Source: Candidatus Saccharimonadota bacterium (GTDB lineage Bacteria; Patescibacteriota; Saccharimonadia; Saccharimonadales; SZUA-47). Taken from it: DNA of 64,000 nt. Position 1 is the stretch's first letter. Each line of letters begins with the position of its first letter. Below are positions 10,078-18,349 of this stretch, piece by piece. Under the pieces are notes generated by a model. That model ran no database searches and was not told where the DNA came from. It saw only the letters and a list, made by a program, of their open reading frames with translations. The translations under genes and the position numbers were made by a program. The stretch is from positions 853,298 through 917,297 of the forward strand of contig CP065013.1 in NCBI GenBank assembly GCA_016700315.1, written 5' to 3'.

Positions 10078-11083
10078 TGAAGTAGGACACTTCAAGTTAA
10101 TTCCTCCCAGTATACTTCATTGGCGGTTCTGAACTGAAGCACTTCTCTTGGACGATCATTTAAATACACGAGGCACTCGTGTATTTTTTCTTTAGTAACG
10201 AATTGTAGGTCTGTCTTCTTCGGTATAAAGTGCCGTATCCACTTGTTGGCGTTCTCAACAAGCCCTTTCTCCCACGAGTGGTATGGGTGACAGAAGTAGA
10301 TTGGGGCATGCAATAGTTTCTCAAACTCCTGCCACTGCTTGAAAGCAATGTCATTGTCGGTCAGGATGGTTTTAACGGTGCAACCGTCAAACATCACTCT
10401 CAGAGCCTTTGACACCTCTTTCTTCGTTCTGTTGGGTAGAAGCTCGATGAGTGTCTTTTTGCTCAGCGTATCTACAGCAACCAACAACACAGCTCTACTG
10501 TGCCTGCTGACAATGAAGTCGAGCTCGTAGTGACCGATCTCATCACGCAGGATACGTTCCTCGATCCATTTCCGGTCACCAATCAGCGAGCGACGATACA
10601 TTGTCTTCCGTCTCTTTGGCTTACCTTTGAAGTACAGCTTGTGGTGAAGGGCGTACAGACGTACATAGCGGTAGACCGCATCCTTCGACACAGCAATGTT
10701 GAGATCGGCTTGAGCGCGACCAGCAATGACTTTGGGTGACCAGCCGAGATCCAGTTTATCGTCAACATAGGTTCGCAGGTCTTTGTCTCTGGCAACTTTG
10801 TTACTCCAAGTTCGAGCCAGCCTACGTTTTTGGTATGCTTTCACCTTAGCTTTCTTGGCAACGTATTCACCAGACACTCGAAGGTTATTTAGTTCATAGC
10901 TGATGGTATTGGGGCTTCGCCCCAGCTCACGTGCTATGAAGCGGATACTCTTTCCGCTTTTGTGCCAATGTTCAATCTTGACTCGATCCTCATAGCTTAA
11001 ATGATCATAGTGCTTTCCCATCTGATCATTATCTTTTGATCTCTTCACTGACACCAACCTTTCTTGGTTAGTGTCCTACTTCA
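10078..11083 (-). mobile_element. IS30-family insertion sequence, apparently intact
   Basis: 14-bp terminal inverted repeats TGAAGTAGGACACT (10078-10091) and AGTGTCCTACTTCA (11070-11083) flank the transposase ORF. True ends may extend about 10 bp further. Confidence 0.8.
10092..11057 (-). CDS. IS30-family DDE transposase
   Basis: HTH N-terminus (HLSYEDRVKIE, RSPNTISYELNN). Catalytic regions GHYELDFIV, LTDNDIAF and YFCHPYHSWEKGLVENANKWIRHFIPKKT. The start may be the ATG at 11021 instead of the TTG at 11057. Confidence 0.88.
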   Translation of the reverse strand: MVSVKRSKDNDQMGKHYDHLSYEDRVKIEHWHKSGKSIRFIARELGRSPNTISYELNNLRVSGEYVAKKAKVKAYQKRRLARTWSNKVARDKDLRTYVDDKLDLGWSPKVIAGRAQADLNIAVSKDAVYRYVRLYALHHKLYFKGKPKRRKTMYRRSLIGDRKWIEERILRDEIGHYELDFIVSRHSRAVLLVAVDTLSKKTLIELLPNRTKKEVSKALRVMFDGCTVKTILTDNDIAFKQWQEFEKLLHAPIYFCHPYHSWEKGLVENANKWIRHFIPKKTDLQFVTKEKIHECLVYLNDRPREVLQFRTANEVYWEELT

Positions 11084-11133
11084 AACGAGCCTGGAGCTTT
11101 TTTTTTGCATGCCAATAGACTATACTTGTGTCA

Positions 11134-11415
11134 ATGGTTGATACACAAAAGACACAAATAAAGAGTTCGTACGAGCTTTACTTAGAAACTGGTACTGTAA
11201 TAGATACTTTATCTTTCCCTGTAGATGTGCCACTTTTGAAAATAAAACGACCTACGCGCTACGAAAGGGGTACTGGGATTCACCCAAGTGTTGCATTATT
11301 GAGGAGACTAGGGGCTGACGGATTGCGAGAATTAAGAAGGCAGGAATACTTTGATAATATTGCGAAAGCCGAAACTTATGAAAGGGCTACTGGACTTCAG
11401 TTCCCTATTGATTAG
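11134..11415 (+). CDS. Hypothetical small protein (~93 aa)
   Basis: ORF 11128..11415. The ATG at 11134 lies 7 nt after TATACT (11121-11126). Confidence 0.5.
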   Translation: MVDTQKTQIKSSYELYLETGTVIDTLSFPVDVPLLKIKRPTRYERGTGIHPSVALLRRLGADGLRELRRQEYFDNIAKAETYERATGLQFPID

Positions 11416-11827
11416 TTCGTTTTTTCCTATAATCACTCATCAAAGAAAGTAATGTAATGACTGTCGCACCAATGAGATACATGAAAAATAATATATAAGT
11501 CGTATGTGGTACGGACTGACCGTTTATAAAAATATACAAATCGGGGGCAAAAAAACTGGTAGCTGTTAAGATGAGATAAAGGCGGAATTTTGACTTGTCG
11601 TTGTCGACCCACGCTGTGATTAGGCCAAACGAAAACTTGGCGAAAAAGATTGATGAAACTAGGTCGCAGGCAAAATAACCCCAGGGGTTAACCCCATGCT
11701 TGCCAAATATATAATTTACTAGGATAGTGCGCAGTGCTGCATAAACTATGCAAATAACTAGCCAGTACTTTTCGGTTTTTTGTCTTGTTTCATTTGAAAA
11801 TAGATTTTTTATATTTTTTATACTCAC
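11405..11827 (-). CDS. Hypothetical integral membrane protein (140 aa, ~4 TM)
   Basis: Several hydrophobic helices. Convergent with the preceding ORF, with an 11-nt overlap. Confidence 0.6.
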   Translation of the reverse strand: MSIKNIKNLFSNETRQKTEKYWLVICIVYAALRTILVNYIFGKHGVNPWGYFACDLVSSIFFAKFSFGLITAWVDNDKSKFRLYLILTATSFFAPDLYIFINGQSVPHTTYILFFMYLIGATVITLLSLMSDYRKKRTNQ

Positions 11828-11905
11828 GACTTAAAAATTATACCAGCAAACATGAAGTTTGATAGCGACTAAATCCTAGACAACTAATTTTCTTATAAGA
11901 AAGGT

Positions 11906-11943
11906 GTCGACATAAAAGCCACGATCGTGGCTTTTATGTCGAC
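11906..11943. promoter_or_regulatory. Perfect 38-bp palindrome in a divergent intergenic region
   Basis: GTCGACATAAAAGCCACGATCGTGGCTTTTATGTCGAC equals its own reverse complement (checked base by base). Confidence 0.85.
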
Positions 11944-11996
11944 TAACAGGTGGTATGGTGGACCAGTAGAAGTCATGATAGACTTTAAGGTGAGTT

Positions 11997-12731
11997 ATGA
12001 AACTTAGCTTTGAAAGAAAAAACACAGTAACGACCAGAAATAAAGCGATTGCTTGGGGTGTTCATTTGTTTACAACGAGTGGGGTGCTACTTGCCATGGC
12101 CGCTGTTGTAAGTATTTATCATCATAAGCCGGGGCACGCGTTGCTCTGGCTGCTGCTTGCCCAGGTTGTAGATGGTTTAGACGGCCCTTTGGCTCGTAAG
12201 TATCAGGTGCAAAAGTATGTCCCGGTCGTTGACGGTAACATCTTAGATTTGGTTATTGATTATCTTACGTGCGTTGTAGTGCCAATGGCATTCGCAGCTA
12301 GGTTTGATATTTTTCCAGCTCAAGTTGAAAACTGGATAATCGGTGCGATTTTGTACGTTTCTGTCATCTGGTTTGCCCGCAAGGACATCGAAACCAAAGA
12401 TATGTGGTTTAGGGGTTTCCCGACAGCATGGAACCTAGTAGTTACTGCATTCTGGATGCTTGGCACTAGCCAATCATTTAACCTTATGGCCTCAAGCGTG
12501 CTTGTTGTGTTGACGCTAACGCCCAAGGTTAAGTTTTTTCATGCGCTAAGTTCAAAGCAGTTTCGTGTAGTCACAATACCTTTGACCACTGCGGCGATGT
12601 TGGCTATGGCATGTATGGCCAGTTTCCGAGAACATCACAACTCCTTTGGGCGGGTAGTGCTGGTGGTATGGAATATTTACGTTATTCTTATGACGGTTTG
12701 GCGCAGTCTGCAGCCCGATGAGCTAGAGTAA
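11997..12731 (+). CDS. pcs: CDP-alcohol phosphatidyltransferase, phosphatidylcholine synthase (Pcs)-like
   Basis: Motif DGLDGPLARK-x12-GNILDLVIDY has the Pcs-type 12-residue spacer. VHLFTTSG and GFPTAWNLVV resemble rhizobial Pcs as I recall it. Confidence 0.7.
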   Translation: MKLSFERKNTVTTRNKAIAWGVHLFTTSGVLLAMAAVVSIYHHKPGHALLWLLLAQVVDGLDGPLARKYQVQKYVPVVDGNILDLVIDYLTCVVVPMAFAARFDIFPAQVENWIIGAILYVSVIWFARKDIETKDMWFRGFPTAWNLVVTAFWMLGTSQSFNLMASSVLVVLTLTPKVKFFHALSSKQFRVVTIPLTTAAMLAMACMASFREHHNSFGRVVLVVWNIYVILMTVWRSLQPDELE

Positions 12732-12777
12732 GTGTAACAAAGTATTCGCAAGCATAAAAATATGTTAAAGTAACTTT

Positions 12778-13191
12778 ATGAGTTTATGGAATTTTATACC
12801 AATTGCTGATTTTGCGAGTAGGTGTGGGCCATACGAAATAGTTGGGAGCGGTTCTGCTTACGTAAACCTCGCCGAAGGTATGACAGTGGCACAAAGGAGA
12901 ATTCAAGTTTTTGGCCCTCAGGTAGGTGATATTACATTTGTTGATGTTTTGTCGCAACGGTCAGAGGACAATGAATTAGCTTACGCTTGCCAAACGCTAA
13001 ACGGTAGGGGCTTTACAGTTGAAGTTCCAGACTTCTGTTCATTGCCAGCCGATGAATTAGTTAAATCTTTTTTAAAGAACCCCGAACTTGCGAGAGTATT
13101 CCGCAAGAACTTTAGACGGTCAGGCGCCGATATTTTGCGGCAGGCCGCATTTACTCTGAACGCCGTAAACATTAACGTTGTTAAGAACTAG
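12778..13191 (+). CDS. Hypothetical protein (137 aa)
   Basis: ORF only. TAAAGT (12766-12771) lies 6 nt before the ATG. Confidence 0.5.
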   Translation: MSLWNFIPIADFASRCGPYEIVGSGSAYVNLAEGMTVAQRRIQVFGPQVGDITFVDVLSQRSEDNELAYACQTLNGRGFTVEVPDFCSLPADELVKSFLKNPELARVFRKNFRRSGADILRQAAFTLNAVNINVVKN

Positions 13192-13306
13192 GCTTGCACG
13201 ATCCTCCATACACTGTTAAAGTATTGTTATGATATTTGAGATTACAAAATTGACACATATATCGCCGGAGTCCACCCGGTAGTTTAAATATTTTTTTGCA
13301 CAAACG

Positions 13307-13331
13307 ACGCCGGGTATCTCCGGCGTTTTTT
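13307..13331 (+). terminator. Rho-independent terminator
   Basis: ACGCCGG-GTATCT-CCGGCGT followed by TTTTT. Confidence 0.8.
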
Positions 13332-13366
13332 AGTCTTAAAAAAAATATAGTTAAGAAAGGATATAT

Positions 13367-13627
13367 ATGAATGATTTTGAAATTTATAAAGACGTCGGTG
13401 AGTGGCGTTGTGCTATTGAAGGCGATTTAGGAGTTGTTGAAGGGCTTTACGTTAATCAAGCAAGGCTGCTGTTCGACAGGCGTGCTAGGTTAGAATCAAA
13501 AAGATACAATACTTTTGGCCCAAGAACGGTAGACTTAAATATACAAGGTCCTGAGAGGCTGTTAGTGCCGGCAGAAGTATGTTTAGACTATATTCAAGAG
13601 TCTATACGATTGCGAAAAATAAGGTGA
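13367..13627 (+). CDS. Hypothetical protein (86 aa)
   Basis: ORF with an AAAGGA SD-like sequence upstream. Confidence 0.5.
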   Translation: MNDFEIYKDVGEWRCAIEGDLGVVEGLYVNQARLLFDRRARLESKRYNTFGPRTVDLNIQGPERLLVPAEVCLDYIQESIRLRKIR

Positions 13628-13704
13628 TAAATAAGTCGCTGATTTTTATCTGCTGCTTAGAAAGTTAATATTTTGCAGTAAATTTGTTAACATAAGGAGG
13701 AATT

Positions 13705-15015
13705 ATGAGTCTATCAACACAACCGTATAAAGGTACTAGGGATTTCTATCCCGAAGACATGAGGCTTCAGAAACATATTTTTGATGTTTGGCGTCAGATT
13801 TGTGAGCGCTTTGGTTATGAGGAATATACTGCACCGGTTTTAGAATCTGCTGAAATATTTGAGGCTAAAAGTGGCCAAGAGATTGTGAACGAAGAGATGT
13901 ACACTTTAGTAGATAAAGGTGATCGTCGACTTGCGCTAAGGCCAGAAATGACACCTAGCGTTAGTCGTATGGTGGCTGGTCGACGGCAAGAGCTAGCGTA
14001 CCCGCTTCGTTGGTATTCGATCCCAGATTTATGGAGATACGATAGACCACAAAGAGGTAGACTTAGGCAACACTGGCAGCTAAATGTCGACATATTCGGC
14101 GTTGAGGGAGCGCAGGCAGAACACGAGATAATCTTGCTCGCTGACCAGATTATGCGTGAATTTGGAGCTAAGAGAAATATGTATGAGATTCGCCTGAACA
14201 ACCGTCAGTTTGTCGATTTTTTGCTTAAAGATCATCTAGGACTTAGCGATACTGAGGCACACTCAATCGCTAAGCTTATTGATAAAATGTATAAACTTCC
14301 AGATGGCGAGTTTGAGGTCTTAGCTGAGGCAAGCCTTGCCCCGTCACACAGAGAGAGTGGAGTGCTCGACAAGTTGCAGTCGATACTGAAAGTAAAGGAC
14401 ATTGAGCTATTACCAGAAGAGTTGAAGACTCATCGATCGTTGCGCCAAATTGCTACAGTACTTTCGATGCTGGCAAAAGCTGGTGTGTCTAACGCCCGTT
14501 TTGACATTACCCTAATGAGAGGCTTCGATTACTACACAGGGGTAGTTTTTGAGGTTTTCGATCTTCATCCCGACAATAATCGTGCGATGTTCGGTGGTGG
14601 CCGTTATGACGGGCTAGTTGGTATGTTTGGCGTCGACCCAGTGCCAACAGTTGGCTTTGGTCAGGGTGATGTAGGAATGCAGCTTTTCTTGGAGAGCCAT
14701 GATCTGCTGCCAAAACTGAACAGCGAGACCGAGTTGTATGCAGTAGTATTCGAAGGCTATTACGAAAAAGCTCAAAAGCTGATACATGAACTACGTGAAA
14801 TGGGTTTGAATGTGGCCGTCGATGCGAGTGGTCGCAAACTAGACAAGTGTATTAGGTCTGCCGAGAAAAAATCAATTCGCTTCGTCGCATTTTTGGGCGA
14901 GAATGAACTAGCCGAAGATCAGCTAACTATTAAAGATATTATTTCCGGCAAAGAAGAGAAACACAGTCCCCAGCGAGTAGTCAGTATTATCAAAGATCAG
15001 CGCAACCGACGTTAG
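13705..15015 (+). CDS. hisS: Histidyl-tRNA synthetase
   Basis: YKGTRDFYPEDM, LRPEMTPSVSR, YDRPQRGRLRQHWQ, GGGRYD. SD AAGGAGG upstream. Confidence 0.95.
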   Translation: MSLSTQPYKGTRDFYPEDMRLQKHIFDVWRQICERFGYEEYTAPVLESAEIFEAKSGQEIVNEEMYTLVDKGDRRLALRPEMTPSVSRMVAGRRQELAYPLRWYSIPDLWRYDRPQRGRLRQHWQLNVDIFGVEGAQAEHEIILLADQIMREFGAKRNMYEIRLNNRQFVDFLLKDHLGLSDTEAHSIAKLIDKMYKLPDGEFEVLAEASLAPSHRESGVLDKLQSILKVKDIELLPEELKTHRSLRQIATVLSMLAKAGVSNARFDITLMRGFDYYTGVVFEVFDLHPDNNRAMFGGGRYDGLVGMFGVDPVPTVGFGQGDVGMQLFLESHDLLPKLNSETELYAVVFEGYYEKAQKLIHELREMGLNVAVDASGRKLDKCIRSAEKKSIRFVAFLGENELAEDQLTIKDIISGKEEKHSPQRVVSIIKDQRNRR

Positions 15016-15021
15016 CTCGGT

Positions 15022-15555
15022 TTAGATAGGAGATTTTCTTAAACCGAGGCGATGGCCGACGAAGTTAGCTAGTAAATGTCCCCCAGTATAGATCACCAAA
15101 ATAGAACCAACTTGCAAGGCGCTTAAGTGTACGAACTGTATCGAAACGAGCAGACCCCCTAATATATAATCGGTTTGATCGAAGGGTATCCAAGGCTTGC
15201 CTGGCGCGACGCCAATCTGTCTTTTGAAAAAGCTTTTAATGGCATCAGCCAGTAATGCAGCTAATCCCATTGCTCCACCACACAATAGGCATCTGCCTAG
15301 GCTCTGAGCGCTTAGAAGTTCTGGTTTGGAGGCGTAGAATTGAGCTAACGCCGTAAGACTTCCTAAAAGTCCGCCACTTACAATTCCGCGCAAAGTTTTG
15401 TTGCTTCCAAATATACGCCTGCCTCGATAGCTGCGGCCAAAGTCTAGGGGTGCGTTAATGTTCTTTAAGCCTGGTACTAGAGTGGCAAAAACCGGTGCCA
15501 TGTTGGCTAATCCTGCAGGAAGGAAGAAGTATAACGCGTCAATAACTGTGTTCAT
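15022..15555 (-). CDS. CDP-archaeol synthase (CarS, DUF46)-like membrane protein
   Basis: Similar along the whole length to archaeal CarS as recalled: LPAGLANMAPV, PLDFGRSYRGRRIFGSNKTLRG, SFFKRQIG, FDQTDYIL, HLLANFVGHRLGL. Confidence 0.7.
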   Translation of the reverse strand: MNTVIDALYFFLPAGLANMAPVFATLVPGLKNINAPLDFGRSYRGRRIFGSNKTLRGIVSGGLLGSLTALAQFYASKPELLSAQSLGRCLLCGGAMGLAALLADAIKSFFKRQIGVAPGKPWIPFDQTDYILGGLLVSIQFVHLSALQVGSILVIYTGGHLLANFVGHRLGLRKSPI

Positions 15556-15633
15556 TCTTAGATATTATAGGCCAGAAGTGGTGAATGAGGAATTGCAGGG
15601 AGCAAGTTGATAGCTTATAGAAGAGCCATGATT

Positions 15634-15832
15634 GGGTTAGAGGTTATAGGTTAGAGTGATTAGGGCTAGGGACTAGTAATTGGTAGTTAGTAAGTATTAC
15701 CCCGTACCTCGTACCCTGTACCGTGTACTGTCTCGGGACTAGGGACTAGGAGCTAAAATCTAGCGGATACTACTGCGTACCGACTAGGGACAAGGGACAA
15801 GGGTCTAGGGACTAGGAATTAGGCTTGCTCCT
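15634..15832. repeat. Modular low-complexity spacer element, copy C (homologous to 17956-18195)
   Basis: TTAGAGTGATTAGGGCTAGGGACTAGTAATTGGTAGTTAGT...AAGTATTACCCCGTACC matches copy D with 2 mismatches and a 14-nt indel. Also shares GTACCGACTAGGGAC..AGGGTCTAGGGACTAGGA and GCGGATACTA. Confidence 0.9.
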
Positions 15833-15854
15833 TTTTCCTCTTATCTGTTAAAAT
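15825..15854 (+). promoter_or_regulatory. Putative tig promoter TTGCTC-N18-(TG)TTAAAAT, 6 nt before the ATG
   Basis: The extended -10 TGTTAAAAT is at 15846-15854 and the ATG at 15861. No SD. Confidence 0.55.
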
Positions 15855-15860
15855 AGCCTA

Positions 15861-17141
15861 ATGCAATTAAATACCACATATCAAAATCCTACTTTAGCCA
15901 TGCTTGAAATTACAGCTAGTAGCGAAGAGCTCAACTCCATAAAAAACAAGGTACTAAAGAGCTTAAGCAGTGAAATAAAGGTTCCTGGCTTTAGAGCTGG
16001 ACATGTGCCTAGTGAAGTTGTCGAGAAGAATATCGACAGCAATCGACTACAATCAGTGTTTTTGGACGAGGCAATAAATTTGCTTTATCAAGCTGCTGTA
16101 AAAAAGGAAAAGCTTCGGCCTGTCGATCAACCAAAAGTTTCAATAAAGGCTTTTGTGCCCTTCACGCAGCTCGAATTAGACTTCGAGGTACCGACTGTCG
16201 GGCCACTAAAACTCGGGGACTACAAAAAACACAAAGCAAAGTTGTTAGAAGCAAAAGTTTCAGACAAAGAAATTCAAACTGTTTTGGATAACTTAGCTAT
16301 TAGAGCTAGCGAATATAAGTTGGTGGAACGAAAAAGCAAGCAGGGCGACCGTGTTTGGATAGATTTTGTTGGCAAAGACAGTAAAGGCAACCCTATCGAA
16401 CGAGCTGACGGCAAAGATTATCCACTTATATTGGGTAGTAAAACGTTTATTCCTGGTTTTGAGGAGAACCTTAGCGGTTTTAAAGCAGGCGATAAAACTA
16501 ATTTTACAGTTACTTTTCCAAAAAATTATGGGCAAGCTGACCTACAGAACAAAAAAGTAACTTTTGAGGTCAGTCTAAACAAGGTTGAAGAAGTTATTAA
16601 ACCAGATTTCAATGATGAATTTGCCAAAAAAATGGGGCCTTTTAAGTCGATTGAGCAACTAAAAGCCGACATAGAAACACAGCTACAGTTTGAGAAAGAT
16701 GAAGCCAGTAGGCGTGATTACGAGGCCGCTGTGATCAAGGAGATTTCTGAAAAATCGAGCGTTGAGCTACCGCAAATCATTATAGATAAGCAGGCTGAGG
16801 AAATGCTTGGTCAATTTAAGCGTGACTTGGCAGCTCAGGGGCAAACTTGGCCGGAGTTTGTTAAAAATTTGAGCAAAACTGAAGATGAATATCTTGAAGA
16901 AGTGATCAAACCAGCCGCCGCCGAAAGAATAAAAGCAGGGCTAGTGTTAAGTGCAATTGCTGAAGCCGAAAAACTTACAGTAAGTGAGAGTGAGCTTGAT
17001 AAAAGGATAATGGCGCTTAAGAAGCAGTATAGTGATGCTGAAATGGTGAAACAACTTGATAAGCGTGAGAATCAGCAGGACATAGCCGCTAGAATTCTAA
17101 GTGAAAAAACCATAGCGTTCCTAACAAAAAAAATTAACTAA
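15861..17141 (+). CDS. tig: Trigger factor
   Basis: Length and domain order (ribosome-binding N-terminus, FKBP-type PPIase with PGFRAGHVP, C-terminal arm). Confidence 0.9.
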   Translation: MQLNTTYQNPTLAMLEITASSEELNSIKNKVLKSLSSEIKVPGFRAGHVPSEVVEKNIDSNRLQSVFLDEAINLLYQAAVKKEKLRPVDQPKVSIKAFVPFTQLELDFEVPTVGPLKLGDYKKHKAKLLEAKVSDKEIQTVLDNLAIRASEYKLVERKSKQGDRVWIDFVGKDSKGNPIERADGKDYPLILGSKTFIPGFEENLSGFKAGDKTNFTVTFPKNYGQADLQNKKVTFEVSLNKVEEVIKPDFNDEFAKKMGPFKSIEQLKADIETQLQFEKDEASRRDYEAAVIKEISEKSSVELPQIIIDKQAEEMLGQFKRDLAAQGQTWPEFVKNLSKTEDEYLEEVIKPAAAERIKAGLVLSAIAEAEKLTVSESELDKRIMALKKQYSDAEMVKQLDKRENQQDIAARILSEKTIAFLTKKIN

Positions 17142-17325
17142 TGGAATACTAGCCCGAATTAAGTTGGCACGAATCATACGCCGCAATAGCTACATCAGTC
17201 TACGGAGCTGAAAGTTTAAGACAAAAAACTCCTCTGAGAAAAGTGCTAAGAGCCCTTGGGAAACGGTTCGTTGACCTAGGTGGTCCTGTGGTTTTTGAGG
17301 AAAAAACCTCACGAAAAGCACACAA

Positions 17326-17352
17326 TTAGCACTCGGACTTGACGAGTGCTAA
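17326..17352 (+). promoter_or_regulatory. CIRCE element (HrcA operator), perfect consensus
   Basis: TTAGCACTC-GGACTTGAC-GAGTGCTAA matches TTAGCACTC-N9-GAGTGCTAA exactly, 25 nt upstream of the clpP ATG. Confidence 0.9.
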
Positions 17353-17368
17353 TTAGGTACGATATACT
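17339..17368 (+). promoter_or_regulatory. Putative clpP promoter TTGACG-N18-TATACT overlapping CIRCE
   Basis: The -35 at 17339-17344 lies inside the CIRCE spacer and right arm. The -10 is at 17363-17368, 8 nt before the ATG at 17377. Confidence 0.6.
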
Positions 17369-17376
17369 TGGTTATT

Positions 17377-17961
17377 ATGAACAAACATCAATCTGTTTTA
17401 ATCCCAACAGTAATAGAAAAAGAAGGTCAGTATGAGCGGGCTTATGATATTTATAGTAGGCTTTTAAAAGACCGCATAATATTCTTAGGGGATGCGGTTA
17501 GCGAGCACACTGCCAATTTGGTGGTTGCACAGATTCTATTCTTGGAGAATCAAGATCCAGACAAAGACATCATCTTTTATATCAACAGTCCAGGCGGCAG
17601 CGTTTACGACGCTTTAGCAATCTACGACACGATGAATTTTGTTAAATGTGACATCCAGACAGTAGGAATTGGTATGCAGGCCAGTGCAGCCGCATTTCTA
17701 CTCAGTAGTGGCACTAAAGGTAAGCGCATGATCTTACCTAACGCAACTGTTATGATTCACCAGCCAAGTAGCGGCACTCGTGGGAAAGTTACAGACCAAG
17801 AGATTGATCTAAAAGAAAGTCTAAGAGTCAAAAAACTTCTAGAAGAGATAATGGTTAAAAACACCGGACAAAAGCAGTCCAAAATTCATGATGATATGGA
17901 ACGTGATCGCTGGATGACAGCCGACGAAGCCGTGAAATACGGGATAGCCGATAAAGGTTAG
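17377..17961 (+). CDS. clpP: ATP-dependent Clp protease proteolytic subunit
   Basis: [16 protein letters not shown], catalytic Ser context [11 protein letters not shown], His context MIHQP. ATG 17377 is preferred to the TTG at 17368. Confidence 0.95.
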   Translation: MNKHQSVLIPTVIEKEGQYERAYDIYSRLLKDRIIFLGDAVSEHTANLVVAQILFLENQDPDKDIIFYINSPGGSVYDALAIYDTMNFVKCDIQTVGIGMQASAAAFLLSSGTKGKRMILPNATVMIHQPSSGTRGKVTDQEIDLKESLRVKKLLEEIMVKNTGQKQSKIHDDMERDRWMTADEAVKYGIADKG

Positions 17962-18195
17962 AGGTTAGAGTGATTAGGGCTATGGACTAGTAGTTGGTAG
18001 TTAGTAGTTGGTAGTTAGCAAGTATTACCCCGTACCGACTAGGGACCAGGGTCTAGGGACTAGGAGCTAGGTCAGCAAAAGTCCCCTACCGCGGATACTA
18101 CCGTTCAAGACCAAGAGCAAGAGTCAGAGCCAAGGCTAGGTCCAGGACTAGGGCAAGCTACCCCGTACCACGTACCGTCTAGGGACTAAGGACAA
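17956..18195. repeat. Modular low-complexity spacer element, copy D
   Basis: See copy C. It starts inside the last two clpP codons (GGTTAG...) and contains an internal tandem AGTTGGTAGTTAG duplication. Confidence 0.9.
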
Positions 18196-18349
18196 GCTTA
18201 TGCATGATAGCTCTTAGACGCCAGACTGTCCACAAAGAACAGTGCAAGCTATCAGTCGCTGGTTAAGGCCCACAAGCCGAAGCGTTACCATAAGAGGTTT
18301 GCTTACGATTTTGTTGACAAAAAGGTTGATTTGTAATATTATGTTGCTT

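Noticed and set aside
17291-17316. Hairpin TGAGG-AAAAAA-CCTCA downstream of tig as a terminator.
   Set aside because: No T-run follows on the plus strand, and the stem is only 5 bp. tig and clpP may be separated simply by the CIRCE-controlled promoter.
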